Assembly (NCBI GenBank): GCA_016932315.1
Contig: JAFGDD010000018.1
Location: 115,969-179,968, forward strand
Origin: Candidatus Woesearchaeota archaeon
GTDB lineage: Archaea; Nanobdellota; Nanobdellia; Woesearchaeales; SM23-78
DNA: 64,000 bases
Direction of reading: 5' to 3'
Below are positions 44,263 through 54,177 of the stretch, in pieces. Every line of letters begins with the position of its first letter. Position 1 is the stretch's first letter. The notes under the pieces were generated by a model that saw nothing but the letters and a program-made list of their open reading frames with translations, ran no database searches and was not told the DNA's origin. A program made the position numbers and the translations under genes.

Positions 44263-44895
44263 ATGCAAATGAATTATGTGATTGCAGGACCTCCAGGCTC
44301 TGGCAAGGGAACGCAGGCAGAATTGTTGGCGGCCAAATTCAAGCTGCCGCATATATCCACTGGCGTGATTTTCAGGGAGATACAAACTCAGGACACAGAG
44401 CTCGGCAGAAGAGTGAAGAAGCTGCTTGACGAAGGCAAACTTGTTGATAACCCGACTGTTTATGAAGTCGTTCTACAAAAGCTTAACACTCCTGAGCTAA
44501 GGAAAGGCTTTGTATTTGACGGATTCCCAAGAAACATTGAGCAGGCAGGTTTCCTTGCAAAATACAAGGAGCTGAGCAAGTGCATATTCATTGATGTTAG
44601 CGACGCAGAATGCATAAAAAGGATGTCCTCAAGAAGGGTTTGCTCTGATTGCAAGGCTAATTATAATGTAATATATATCAAGCCGAAAAAGGAAGGAATA
44701 TGCGACAAGTGCGGAGGCAAGCTGGTGATCAGGGATGACTCAACACCCGAAGCCATCAAGGTCAGGATGCAGGAATACTACAAGAACACCAAGCCCATGA
44801 TTGATTATTATGAGAAGAAAGGCGTTCTTCTGCGAGTGAACGGTGAGCAGCCAATAAATGACGTTTTTAAGGAGATAATGAATGGGCTAAAGTGA
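44263..44895 (+). CDS. adk: Adenylate kinase (zinc-lid type)
   Basis: IAGPPGSGKGTQAELLA is the P-loop and GFPRN is present. The lid carries CSDC...CDKCGG. The start is ambiguous (44233, 44263 or 44269). Confidence 0.9.
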   Translation: MQMNYVIAGPPGSGKGTQAELLAAKFKLPHISTGVIFREIQTQDTELGRRVKKLLDEGKLVDNPTVYEVVLQKLNTPELRKGFVFDGFPRNIEQAGFLAKYKELSKCIFIDVSDAECIKRMSSRRVCSDCKANYNVIYIKPKKEGICDKCGGKLVIRDDSTPEAIKVRMQEYYKNTKPMIDYYEKKGVLLRVNGEQPINDVFKEIMNGLK

Positions 44896-44929
44896 TTTTT
44901 TAATTCATTATTTCTTATCGGATGCGTTC

Positions 44930-45093
44930 AAAAAGTCGCCACAGCCTACAGCAAGTGCAACGTCATGAATGTTAATGAATGACTTGCACGTCGGCTGTTT
45001 GGACTGGGGTTGCAAGCAAAAATCCTTTTGGGATTTTTGATGTGCCAAAACAAAGTTTTGCCACGCCCTACGGGCTGTCCAAGGCGGCTTTTT
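44930..45093 (-). repeat. Structured palindromic repeat, copy 7 (with a ~50-nt nested insertion in the core)
   Basis: On the minus strand: aaaaag-CCGCC-TTGGAC-AGCCCGTAGGGCGT[insert]CAACCCC-AGTCCAA-ACAGCC..GGCTGT-GGCGAC-ttttt. Its H2 is very similar to that of copy 2. Confidence 0.75.
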
Positions 45094-45157
45094 GGAAGAT
45101 TTTAAACACAACATTTTTTATCAATAGATTTATAATCTCTTTTATTTTCCCTGTATT

Positions 45158-45754
45158 ATGACATTTGTAAAATTTGAGAGGCCGAGCTTTTTCGGCAAGA
45201 GAAGAGATGAATTCTTCAGGGCTTATGATGCGAAATACGGTCAAGGCAACTGGCGAATATCCTGGGAGTGGGCTGGTGAGACAATTCTTTTTCCACAAAT
45301 GTGCTTGATTTATGAGGATGGCTATTATCATGACTCTTTTAATAGGGAAGCACTATGGAAAGAACTTGTGAGCGTTGGAAAGAATGTTTATGACCATGAC
45401 GAGAAAGATATTGAGTCTGGCCTTGATTATTCAGTTCAGAAAGGAATTGCAACTCACCTTCAGGACATAGCAATAAGGCGCGTTGTATTTAGGAGAGGAT
45501 GGAAGTTTCATGGCGACAAGCTTGTGCAGATTCGAAGCCACGCCGATTATTGGGGAGCACAGCTAAGCCCTGGCAGAGTTCCTTTTCATATGCCTGAGAA
45601 CATTATTGCTCCTCACTTAGAAGGTTGGTGGGATTATAATTCAATAGAGGATGCTTATCAAAGCGACAAGATACTTGAAGTTAAGAAAGAGGTTCTGGTA
45701 AATATCTTAGAAAAACTTGGAAGGTTTCCTAAAGAAAGAATGAAATGGAAATAG
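45158..45754 (+). CDS. Hypothetical protein
   Basis: 198-aa ORF, Trp/Tyr-rich and apparently globular. No recognisable motifs. Confidence 0.45.
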   Translation: MTFVKFERPSFFGKRRDEFFRAYDAKYGQGNWRISWEWAGETILFPQMCLIYEDGYYHDSFNREALWKELVSVGKNVYDHDEKDIESGLDYSVQKGIATHLQDIAIRRVVFRRGWKFHGDKLVQIRSHADYWGAQLSPGRVPFHMPENIIAPHLEGWWDYNSIEDAYQSDKILEVKKEVLVNILEKLGRFPKERMKWK

Positions 45755-45760
45755 AAATCT

Positions 45761-46909
45761 TCACAGCGGGCTTATCAATCTCAGCTTCTTGACGATGCCA
45801 GGTAGGATTTCAAGAACATAATTGATTTCTTCTTCTGTTGTATACCTGCTGATGCTGAGTCTTAGGCTTCCGTTGGCTTCTGCCTTGCTCATTCCAATTG
45901 CTTGTAATACGTGGCTTGGCTCTAGGTTGTGCGAGCTGCATGCTGAGCCTGTTGATGATGATACTCCTTTCAGGTCGAGGTAGCCTCCTATGGCTTCTCC
46001 TTCAATTCTTGAGAATATGAAATTGATGTTGTTGCATAGCCTTTTGTCACCTCGCGGCCCGTTGAGCTTGCATTCAGGAATATTTTTTTCAATGCCTTCG
46101 ATTAGTTTGTCTCTTAGCTTTGTCATGTACTTGGCGTGTTTGCTGTTGTCTGCCTGCCTGATTGCCTCTGCGAATCCTACAATGCCAGGGATGTTTTCTG
46201 TTCCTGAGCGAAGATTGCGTTCGTGTCCTCCGCCGTGCTGCCAGGCCTTGATATTTGTTCCTTTCCTGATGTACAGCGCGCCAACTCCTTTTGGGCCGTG
46301 TATTTTGTGGGCGTTAAGCGTTACAAGGTCAAGGTTTTGCTTCTTCACGTTAAGCTCTGTCTTGGTGTAGCTCTGGCATGCGTCAGTATGAAAATATACT
46401 TTGTTTTTTTTGCATATTTCTCCCAATGCTTTCAGGTCTTGTATGGTTCCTATTTCGTTGTTGCCTTGGATTACTGATACAAGAATTGTTTTTGGCGTGA
46501 TGGCTTTCTCAAGAGTTTCAGGATTCACAAATCCTTCCTTGTCAACTTCAAGATAAGTGATTTCAAAGCCTTGCGTTACAAGCCATTTGCAAGTGTTAAG
46601 AATGCAATCATGCTCTATCTTTGTGGTGATGATATGGTTTCCTTTGTCCTTGTTGTTGAAGGCTATTGACTTGATTGCAAAATTATTTGATTCTGTTCCT
46701 CCGGATGTAAAAATTATTTCTTCAGCTGCTGCGCCTATTGATTTTGCTATGACTTTTCGCGCCCATTCCATTGCATTCTTGGCTTCTCTTCCCTTGGTGT
46801 GAGTTGAGGATGCGTTGCCGTATTTCATGTCGAAGAAAGGCAGCATGGCTTTGATAACTTTAGGATCGATTTTTGTTGTGGCTGCGTTGTCCATATATAT
46901 TTCTTTCAT
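45761..46909 (-). CDS. Cysteine desulfurase (NifS/IscS family, PLP-dependent)
   Basis: MKEIYMDNAATT..., SGGTESNN, HTDACQ, the PLP-Lys context NAHKIHGPKGVG, RSGTEN, and the active-site SSTGSACSS. The track start at 47038 lies in the upstream ArsR gene. The ATG at 46909 overlaps the ArsR stop (ATGA). Confidence 0.9.
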   Translation of the reverse strand: MKEIYMDNAATTKIDPKVIKAMLPFFDMKYGNASSTHTKGREAKNAMEWARKVIAKSIGAAAEEIIFTSGGTESNNFAIKSIAFNNKDKGNHIITTKIEHDCILNTCKWLVTQGFEITYLEVDKEGFVNPETLEKAITPKTILVSVIQGNNEIGTIQDLKALGEICKKNKVYFHTDACQSYTKTELNVKKQNLDLVTLNAHKIHGPKGVGALYIRKGTNIKAWQHGGGHERNLRSGTENIPGIVGFAEAIRQADNSKHAKYMTKLRDKLIEGIEKNIPECKLNGPRGDKRLCNNINFIFSRIEGEAIGGYLDLKGVSSSTGSACSSHNLEPSHVLQAIGMSKAEANGSLRLSISRYTTEEEINYVLEILPGIVKKLRLISPL

Positions 46910-47202
46910 TGCTTGCACCTCATGTCGCAGTTTTTTTTGACGTGTTTCTCCACTAGCCTTAGCATCGGGAGGACTGTTTCTTTGTTCAATGAGTAAATCC
47001 TTTTTTTGCCTTGCTGTTCTACAGCGACTACGCTGCACCTCGCTAGCTTTGCGAGGTTGTGCGATACTTTGCTTTGTTCCTCCCCCATCTTCTCAGAAAG
47101 CTCGTTGACGCTCATTGGCGTGTTTTTGAGGAGCATGATTATCCTGAGCTTGGTCTTATTGGCGAAATTCCTGAAAAAATCATCGTATGAATTGCATTTC
47201 AT
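46906..47202 (-). CDS. ArsR/SmtB-family wHTH regulator
   Basis: 98 aa. FANKTKLRIIMLLKNTPMSVNELSEKMGEEQSKVSHNLAKLARCSVV is the ArsR HTH pattern. Confidence 0.75.
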   Translation of the reverse strand: MKCNSYDDFFRNFANKTKLRIIMLLKNTPMSVNELSEKMGEEQSKVSHNLAKLARCSVVAVEQQGKKRIYSLNKETVLPMLRLVEKHVKKNCDMRCKQ

Positions 47203-47294
47203 ATGAATAAGATTTCATTAGTGGTATATAAAGGTTTCGCTTGGAAAGTGAAACTTCAAAAAGCAAAGCTTTTTGTTGGTTGTTATTTTATCAT

Positions 47295-48299
47295 TCAAAC
47301 TGAGAACAACTCCTTGATTACTTCAGTAGCGTATGAGCCCTTGCCTAGCGAAAAGAATATTTTTACTTTTTTCTTGCCTTTGTTAATCTCGTCATCTTCA
47401 AGCTCGCCAATAACTAAATCCTTGACTTGAGTAAATAAATCCCTTTCTCCTCCTGCTCCGCTGAGCTCGGGTATGGCACGGATTACAAAATCATTGTATG
47501 TTATGCCTTCTGCTTTTAGTATATCATGAATTATCATTTTTATTTCATTATTATCAGTTTCTGTGCTGAAACCTATTAGTGGTATTTTAAACGCAGAACT
47601 GCTGTTTTTTTTAAGCGCCTCAAGTGCCGGCGGGGCTTTTTCTAGTAATATTCTGGCTGTCTCATTCCATAGCTTGCTTTGGTAGGCATGAATGTACATA
47701 TTCAGTGTCTTCCACGGGATTAATTTGAGCGCGCCTACAAAATCATTCTTGTTGCTTTCAAGATGGGCTATCATCTTTTTCTCACTTTCGCCAATGCTTT
47801 CAAGAATCCTGTCAACTGCCTTCTTGAAATCATTCGTGATTATGGCCTTGCCTATTTCTGCATTGTTCCTTGAAAACCTTTGCTCTCCAAAATAATTGAC
47901 AATCCTGCTAATTTTTTTTGGCTTTTCTGTTATATTTCTTATTATGATTTCAAAAGAATTGCCTTCCAAGTCGCCTAGTGATATTGGATTGTTTGTGCAG
48001 CCCAAGAATTCAAGCTCTATGTCTTTGAGCTTTAAATCCTCAACCTTTTCCTTTCTGACGTTTCTTATGCTTATACTTTGCTCGGTAATCGCCTTGCTGT
48101 CCTTGCTGCCTGCGTAGCCGATTCTTTTTCTCTCAATTCCAAGAGAGTCTGCTATTTGCTGCACAGCCTTCTCTGTAGTGTAATCCCGCTTTTTAAGCCT
48201 GAAAACAGCATATTCTCCTTTATCTGCAAGCTTAAGACTTGATTTTTCCTTTACAACAAAGTCTTCAGGAAGCTCTTTAATTTTGTATTCTTCTTTCAT
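47295..48299 (-). CDS. truD: tRNA pseudouridine synthase TruD/Pus7-like
   Basis: 334 aa with PEDFVVKE near the N-terminus, GYAGSKDSKAITEQ and NYFGEQRF motifs. Confidence 0.85.
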   Translation of the reverse strand: MKEEYKIKELPEDFVVKEKSSLKLADKGEYAVFRLKKRDYTTEKAVQQIADSLGIERKRIGYAGSKDSKAITEQSISIRNVRKEKVEDLKLKDIELEFLGCTNNPISLGDLEGNSFEIIIRNITEKPKKISRIVNYFGEQRFSRNNAEIGKAIITNDFKKAVDRILESIGESEKKMIAHLESNKNDFVGALKLIPWKTLNMYIHAYQSKLWNETARILLEKAPPALEALKKNSSSAFKIPLIGFSTETDNNEIKMIIHDILKAEGITYNDFVIRAIPELSGAGGERDLFTQVKDLVIGELEDDEINKGKKKVKIFFSLGKGSYATEVIKELFSV

Positions 48300-48388
48300 T
48301 TAGAAATGGGTTTCTTATTCTTAATTAAAATTTTGTGGTAAAAACCATTATATTAATAAATCGCGCCTAACTTTTGTTAGTTGCGAGT

Positions 48389-48569
48389 GGGTCAGTAGCC
48401 TAGTTTGGATACAACAAAAATCAAAGATTTTTGAGTTTTTGGCAAAGCCAAAAAGGGCAACAGCCTCCTAAGGCTTAAAATACGAGCTGAGAAGAGAGCT
48501 GTAGGTCGGGAGTTCGAAAGAGATTTTTGCCTTTGAAAGCAAAGACCCGCGAAAGTCTCCCCTGGCCCG
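48389..48569 (+). tRNA. tRNA-Arg(CCU) interrupted by three putative introns (D-loop, 37/38, T-loop 59/60)
   Basis: Manual fold. Acceptor GGGUCAG / CUGGCCC, with discriminator G at 48569. D-stem GCCU / GGGC; D-loop AGUUUGGAUA. Anticodon stem ACAGC / GCUGU; loop CUCCUAA, with anticodon CCU at 48467-48469. Variable loop AGGUC. T-stem GGGAG / CUCCC; T-loop UUCGAA|U. Intervening blocks lie at 48412-48454, ~48472-48497 and 48519-48555. No encoded CCA. Confidence 0.75.
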
Positions 48570-48633
48570 CTTTTCATATTATGAAATTAACTTTATTAAC
48601 CAGATTATTTCATTATCGCAGGGTTTGAGCAAC

Positions 48634-49800
48634 ATGAAGATTAGCAAGAGATGGCTTAGCATTGGAGGCTCAATCGCACTGGCAGTTGCGCTTCTCTTAT
48701 TTGTCATTCTAAAATATCCGTTCAAGGAAGTATTATCGACCTTTAGCAATATAACCCCCAGGTTATTAATAGCCTACTTGGCAGTTTCATTCACTATCAT
48801 GTTTCTTTTTGCTGTCCGCTGGAATTACGTAATGAAATCATTAGGCTTAAAGCTCACTCTCTGGGAATCTTTTAGTTTTCGACTGATAGATTACGGCTTG
48901 ACGTACATTACCCCTTCTGGAAAGGCAGGAGGAGAGCCTATCAGGGCTGCTCTTCTTACCAGGAAGGGCATTAGCTTTAAGGAAGGATTGGCTAATGTGA
49001 CGACAGATAAGACGATTGAGCTAAGCGTTTCAATAGGATTCTTTGTCATGGGCCTTTTGCTCTTGGCGCTGGGGCACCCGCTTCCTATATTGCTGAGAAT
49101 ATTCCTGGTTGTTCTCTGCACCCTGCTGATTTTCCTGGTCTGGAAATTCTATTCCCGGATTTTGCGCGGCAAGTCAGTATTCAATGCTCTTTTCAGGGTT
49201 TTTCGGCTTCATAAGATTAAATCCCTTGCTAAATATGAGCAGTCAATTATTGATTTTGAAAAACCAATAATCAAATTTTATAACGAGAAGAGAAAGGCTT
49301 TTTTTATTGCGCTGGGGCTGAGTTTCCTTAGCCTCATGATGTCCTTGGTGGAATTCAAGCTGGTATTGCTAATGCTTGGCATAGATGCTCCTTTAGGAGT
49401 GGTTTTCATGGTGCTTTCTGTTGTTGGCATAGCTTTTATGGTGCCGGTTCCAATGGGCCTTGGGAGCCTTGAGGCTTTCCAGGCAGCACTTTTCTCAGTG
49501 CTTAAGATAGGCTCAGCATCAGGCATAGGATTAGCTATGATAACCAGGGCCAGGGACATGATATGGGTGATGATTGCTATAATATTATCATTGTACATAG
49601 GCTCATTCAAAACAGTGTTCAAGGAGGCATACAACAGTATTTATACCAATCCTATCAACAAGGTGACTATTTTCAGGGATGGCAAGCCAGTCACTGTGAA
49701 GATGAAGCTTTTCAGGAAGCTGAATGAAAAGAATTTTGTCACAGCGGATGAGCTGAAAAAACAGAACATACTTTTTAACAGGAGGAAAGGGCCTCTTTAG
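48634..49800 (+). CDS. Polytopic membrane protein, flippase-like / LPG-synthase-TM-like family
   Basis: About 388 aa with 8 or more TM segments. The conserved-looking loop TPSGKAGGEPIRAALLTRKG is typical of this family as I recall it. The track start at 48625 is TTG; the ATG is at 48634. Confidence 0.5.
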   Translation: MKISKRWLSIGGSIALAVALLLFVILKYPFKEVLSTFSNITPRLLIAYLAVSFTIMFLFAVRWNYVMKSLGLKLTLWESFSFRLIDYGLTYITPSGKAGGEPIRAALLTRKGISFKEGLANVTTDKTIELSVSIGFFVMGLLLLALGHPLPILLRIFLVVLCTLLIFLVWKFYSRILRGKSVFNALFRVFRLHKIKSLAKYEQSIIDFEKPIIKFYNEKRKAFFIALGLSFLSLMMSLVEFKLVLLMLGIDAPLGVVFMVLSVVGIAFMVPVPMGLGSLEAFQAALFSVLKIGSASGIGLAMITRARDMIWVMIAIILSLYIGSFKTVFKEAYNSIYTNPINKVTIFRDGKPVTVKMKLFRKLNEKNFVTADELKKQNILFNRRKGPL

Positions 49801-49828
49801 CTTTGTTAAGCTTTAGTAAGAGACAAAA

Positions 49829-50950
49829 ATGACGTGCGTTTTTGCATCAGAATCAGCAAGGATCTTTTTTCGCAGGGTAAGAGTTCTTTTTTGCGGGTTA
49901 AGAAAATACCCGGGAGATGATGTTGAGGTTTGCAATCAAATAATCAGGGAGTGTTATAATAATAAGGATAAGCAAAATTATTTCATGGTGAGCAAAGGGC
50001 ATTTTTGCGAATTCTATGCCAGGGATTTTGGATGGTGCGCAGAGGCGTTGATAAGCCTAGGCTATCGCGACGAGGTTATTGCCACTCTTGATTACGCCCT
50101 CGGGGTTTTTGAGAAGCACGGCAGGTTGGAGCAATCAATCAGCCCGTCAGGGAAGCCTTTTACTTTTCCAGGCAATAAATATTCGCCTGACTCACTTGCT
50201 TTCATTGTAAGGAGCCTGAAGCTTGCAAGAGCGAAAGGGCTGGTAAAAAAATACAAGAGTTTTCTTAATCACGAGGTGAAAAGGTATTATGATATTGTTA
50301 TTGACAAAAAAACAGGGTTTGTTAGGAAAGACCAGGGCTTCAGTTCAATGAAGGATTATTCAATAAGGAAGAGCTCCTGCTATGATAACGTGATGGCTGC
50401 AATGCTAGCAGGGGATTTGGCAGGTTTAGGGCTGGATAACCCTTTCAAAAAGCATGATTACGGCAAGTTGCTGGTTAGGAATTTTTGGACTGGAGAATAT
50501 TTCCTGGACGACCTTTCCGGGAATAGGTTTGTGTGCGGCGATGCCAATGTGCTGCCTTTCTGGTCAGGCGTAATAACTGGCAAGGCTTTGCTGAGAAAAG
50601 CCGTTAATAGCATGCGCAAAGAAGGATTGGATAAGCCTTTTCCGTTGAAATACACAAAGAAGAGGTTTAAGGGGCAAAAGATGATTGGCCTTGAATCCAT
50701 TGCAGGAAATTATGAGCGTGATGCTGTTTGGCCTCACATAGGCTTGATGTACATAAGGGTAGTTGCTGGTGTTGACAAGAAGCTTGCTAAATATTATCTT
50801 GGCCAATACTCCAAAATGATAGAGCTGCACAGGAACTTCCTTGAGGTTTACGACAAGAACGGCAAGCCATTCAAGACACTGTTTTATTATGCTGATGAAA
50901 GCATGCTCTGGGCTGCGAATTATGTTTATTTGAGAAAAATGCTCGGATGA
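49829..50950 (+). CDS. Hypothetical protein, possibly an (alpha/alpha)6-barrel glycoside-hydrolase-like enzyme
   Basis: 373 aa. The only hints are CEFYARDFGWCAEALISLGY and DAVWPHIGLMY, which resemble six-hairpin glycosidases. The assignment is weak. Confidence 0.35.
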   Translation: MTCVFASESARIFFRRVRVLFCGLRKYPGDDVEVCNQIIRECYNNKDKQNYFMVSKGHFCEFYARDFGWCAEALISLGYRDEVIATLDYALGVFEKHGRLEQSISPSGKPFTFPGNKYSPDSLAFIVRSLKLARAKGLVKKYKSFLNHEVKRYYDIVIDKKTGFVRKDQGFSSMKDYSIRKSSCYDNVMAAMLAGDLAGLGLDNPFKKHDYGKLLVRNFWTGEYFLDDLSGNRFVCGDANVLPFWSGVITGKALLRKAVNSMRKEGLDKPFPLKYTKKRFKGQKMIGLESIAGNYERDAVWPHIGLMYIRVVAGVDKKLAKYYLGQYSKMIELHRNFLEVYDKNGKPFKTLFYYADESMLWAANYVYLRKMLG

Positions 50951-50977
50951 TCCGGGATTGGCGGATTTAGTTAATAT

Positions 50978-51844
50978 CTAGTCATCTTTCTCGGTTTTTA
51001 GAATTTTAGACCAGCCATTCATTCTCTTATTCTTGAGCGCCTGGAAGCTGTACTTCATAATGGCTGGCCATCGGGTCTCGTTGCCTAGGATTAAGTCCTT
51101 GTTTTTTCTTATGCACTCAAGGAAGTCCTTGGGGCTGCGGGCCCTGCATGCAGTCACTGCATTTCCTACTTCCCTGAGATTATGGGCGTCGCTTCCGCCT
51201 GTGAATGCCTTGCGGCTTTTGATTGCCCATTTCAGGGCTTTCTTGTTCATTATTTTTCTCTGGGCTGCGTTGAAGACTTCGACTGCCTCTATTCTTTTGA
51301 ATAATTCTGCTCTTTTTCTCTTTGAGAAGAACCTGTGTCCTCCCTTGGATACATAGTTGAATGGGTGAGGAACGCTTTTTAGGCAGCTGTATTTGTCAGC
51401 TTTATCAATTATTTCTTGCATGCTAAGATTTGACCTGATTGTGCGCAGAACCTGTCCTATTCTGGTTCTCGGAACTTTGTGAATGGTAACTTTGCCTTTT
51501 ATGTATTTTTCATAATATTCTTTCAAATCGTTTGCAGAGTAGAAATATATTAGTATCTCTTTTTTTTCCATGCTGGTAACTTCTATGCCCGGTATGACTG
51601 GAACTTTTTTCTTCTTATAAGCTTCTAGCGCGCCTTCTGCGCGGTTATGGTCTGTTATGGCTACACCGATTTTTAATTGCGCAGCCCTTTTCAGGATGGC
51701 ATCGATGTTGGTTATGCAGTCATGAGAGTACTTGGTATGCACATGCATGTCAAATGATGAATAATCATCCTCAAACTCCTTAAGTGCCTGATCATGGAAT
51801 ATCACCTTTCTCTGAAAGTTCTTATACTCTGCCATTAGAAACAA
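50978..51844 (-). CDS. PHP-family metal-dependent phosphoesterase
   Basis: FDMHVHTKYSHDC, AITDHN and GGSDAHNLREVG form the PHP His/Asp motif set. Confidence 0.75.
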   Translation of the reverse strand: MFLMAEYKNFQRKVIFHDQALKEFEDDYSSFDMHVHTKYSHDCITNIDAILKRAAQLKIGVAITDHNRAEGALEAYKKKKVPVIPGIEVTSMEKKEILIYFYSANDLKEYYEKYIKGKVTIHKVPRTRIGQVLRTIRSNLSMQEIIDKADKYSCLKSVPHPFNYVSKGGHRFFSKRKRAELFKRIEAVEVFNAAQRKIMNKKALKWAIKSRKAFTGGSDAHNLREVGNAVTACRARSPKDFLECIRKNKDLILGNETRWPAIMKYSFQALKNKRMNGWSKILKTEKDD

Positions 51845-51861
51845 TCCTCGTATCTTATGCT

Positions 51862-53283
51862 TTATTTATTGTGCTTGTTAAGCAACGCCATGGCTTTTTT
51901 GCCGTCAATCTTTCCTCGGTGCTTTGCCATTAGCATACCCATCAGTGCGTTTATTGGTGCTGCAGGGTTCTCCTTTATAAGTTTTACCACTTCCTGCTCT
52001 AGGTCATCATCACTCATGCCCTTGTATTTTGAGTAATCAGGCTTATTGCCATCGCTACTCGCAATCTCTGCTAATATCTCAAATACCGCGCTCGTTGGTA
52101 TCTCGTTCTTGTTGGCTTTCTGCAACACTTCAAGGTGCTCGAACACATTGATGTCCTTCTTGAACCTTGCCTTAATCTCTTTTGTTGCATTGATTATGGT
52201 TTCTGCTATGAACTTCGGCTGGAGCTTTGCGAATTCTTTCACCAGCTTTACAAAGTCTATTTCCTGGCTTATTATTTCCTTTGCCAGCTCTGGGCTTAAC
52301 TTGAAGTCTGAAGATAATTCCTTGATTCTCTCCTCTATTGTCTTTACAGAAGAAATGCCTTCGGTGTCCGGCTTTATCGGCGGGATATCTGTTTCAGGAT
52401 ACATTCTATCCATTCCAGGCATTGGCCTTAGGAAGCTTGTTGTCAAATCATCCTCTGCTTTTCTTACTTCTGACTCAACCTGCTTGCCTTCTTTTATCAG
52501 CTTAAGCTGCCTTTCAATCTCATAATCCATGATTTTTGGAATGCTCTTTAACTCCTGGAATCCCTTAATCTCAATCCTTGCTCCACCTTTGATGCTGAGG
52601 TTGATATCCTGCCTTATTGTGCCTATTCCTCGTTTGCATGCTCCTGTGCTCCTGAGTATCATGCCTATTTTTGCAGCCACTTCCTTTGCTTCTTCTGGCG
52701 TTGTTATGTGAGGACCTGTTGCTATCTCAATCAATGGGATGCCGAGCCTTGACAAGTTGTAAATATCATATTCTTTTTTTCTCTCAACAATCTGGCAGGC
52801 TTCTTCTTCAAGGCAGATGGTGTCTATGCCGATTTTTTTTCCATTAACCTCGAGAGAGCCGTTCATGCCGATGAGCATGGTGCGCTGAAACCCTGAGGTG
52901 TTGCTACCGTCAATTACTGTTTTTCTCATAACCTGGATTTCGTCAACTATTCTGCAGTTGAGCATCTTTGCGACTTGCAATGCTGCCTTAAGAGCAGCCT
53001 GATTGAGCGGGTGAGGAGGCTCACAGTCTAATTCTACAAGGCAAGTTATATCTTCATAACCTTCGTAAATGTAATACTTTTTCTTTCCAACTTCATACAA
53101 AGCTGCTTGGTCAACAGCGCCGCTCTCACCAGCGGATGCGCGCAAATGTCTCTTTAGTCTAAAATCAGGATTATCTTTTCTTATTTCGGCAGGGCAATTA
53201 CAAAATAATTTTTTCCCGGATAATTGTTGGTGGATTTCTATCCCGCATTTTAGCCCCAGTTCCTCATAATTTAAACTCGTCAT
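51862..53283 (-). CDS. gatE: Glu-tRNA(Gln) amidotransferase subunit E-like (GatE), short form
   Basis: GLKCGIEIHQQLSGKKLFCNCP is the GatE-type N-terminus. The tail is YqeY-like (INALMGMLMAKHRGKIDGKKAM). At 473 aa it is shorter than the ~600 aa I expect for GatE. GatD is present at 58113-59447. Confidence 0.75.
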   Translation of the reverse strand: MTSLNYEELGLKCGIEIHQQLSGKKLFCNCPAEIRKDNPDFRLKRHLRASAGESGAVDQAALYEVGKKKYYIYEGYEDITCLVELDCEPPHPLNQAALKAALQVAKMLNCRIVDEIQVMRKTVIDGSNTSGFQRTMLIGMNGSLEVNGKKIGIDTICLEEEACQIVERKKEYDIYNLSRLGIPLIEIATGPHITTPEEAKEVAAKIGMILRSTGACKRGIGTIRQDINLSIKGGARIEIKGFQELKSIPKIMDYEIERQLKLIKEGKQVESEVRKAEDDLTTSFLRPMPGMDRMYPETDIPPIKPDTEGISSVKTIEERIKELSSDFKLSPELAKEIISQEIDFVKLVKEFAKLQPKFIAETIINATKEIKARFKKDINVFEHLEVLQKANKNEIPTSAVFEILAEIASSDGNKPDYSKYKGMSDDDLEQEVVKLIKENPAAPINALMGMLMAKHRGKIDGKKAMALLNKHNK

Positions 53284-53346
53284 ACTTGTTCTTAAAAGAA
53301 GGTTTTTAATTTAAATGTTACGGAAATGTTTAGGAAGAACCTGCCC

Positions 53347-53994
53347 TTATTGAACGAGGCGGCATATTTCTCTATAATTACTGTATAGCTTTTTAGGAGT
53401 TTTTCCGATGATTTTTTCAATATGATTCATGGCATCTTCAATCTTGATGAGCTCATCTTTCAAACTAAGAGTTTTTAAGCCTTCCCGGACCTTCAGTTGT
53501 TTGTCATTTTGAATTCCAATCAGCAATTCTTCAACGCAGCCATCAGAATAATGATACTCTTTGTTGTAGCATACGATTCCCGAATAATTTATTATGACTG
53601 GTTTCCAAAGAGCCATGTAGTGCTCTTGCGTCCAACCTTTTGCAAAGAAGATACCAGGAACTATGACTATCGGATGTGCTTGTGCCCTGATTTCATTTCC
53701 AAAGCAGATGCCTTCATTAATGTTGGCATCCATAATTCTTTTTTTGGCTGTAGAATCTATTGACGCAAGCTCTTCAATTGATGTTGTTCTGCTCTTTTCA
53801 AGTTCTTTATACATCAATAAGCCTGTAGTGATCGGAGAGCTTGCGTAGACTGGGTTGATTCCGAGATGTATTAACTTCTTTAAATCAATGACGCTTCCAA
53901 ATGCAGATATCGATGATTTGACTTCATCAAGTATGGCGTTCTCGACTTCTTCCTTGATTTTGACTTCAAGCGCCAAAAGCTCTCTTAATCCCAT
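53347..53994 (-). CDS. Hypothetical protein
   Basis: 215-aa ORF with no motif I can name. Confidence 0.4.
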   Translation of the reverse strand: MGLRELLALEVKIKEEVENAILDEVKSSISAFGSVIDLKKLIHLGINPVYASSPITTGLLMYKELEKSRTTSIEELASIDSTAKKRIMDANINEGICFGNEIRAQAHPIVIVPGIFFAKGWTQEHYMALWKPVIINYSGIVCYNKEYHYSDGCVEELLIGIQNDKQLKVREGLKTLSLKDELIKIEDAMNHIEKIIGKTPKKLYSNYREICRLVQ

Positions 53995-54177
53995 AGGATG
54001 TGGGGGGCGAGAATAAGACTTATAAATGTTTCGCTATTGTTGAGTAGTGCTATTCTTCCTGCACGACCTTTTCTTTCTCCTCAACCCGTCTAACCCTGTG
54101 AAGAGAGATGAAAACTTCTTTACTTTCTTCTTCCAGGATTAGGAAATTTCCTTCTGTTCGTATAATCTCTGTGTATT

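Noticed and set aside
45761-47038. 425-aa form of the cysteine desulfurase with an Arg/Lys-rich N-terminal extension
   Set aside because: The extension overlaps the ArsR-family gene in another frame. The conserved desulfurase N-terminus (MKEIYMDNAATT) starts at 46909, with an ATGA overlap to the ArsR stop.
48392-48577. 61-aa minus-strand ORF
   Set aside because: It lies entirely antisense to the intron-containing tRNA-Arg locus.
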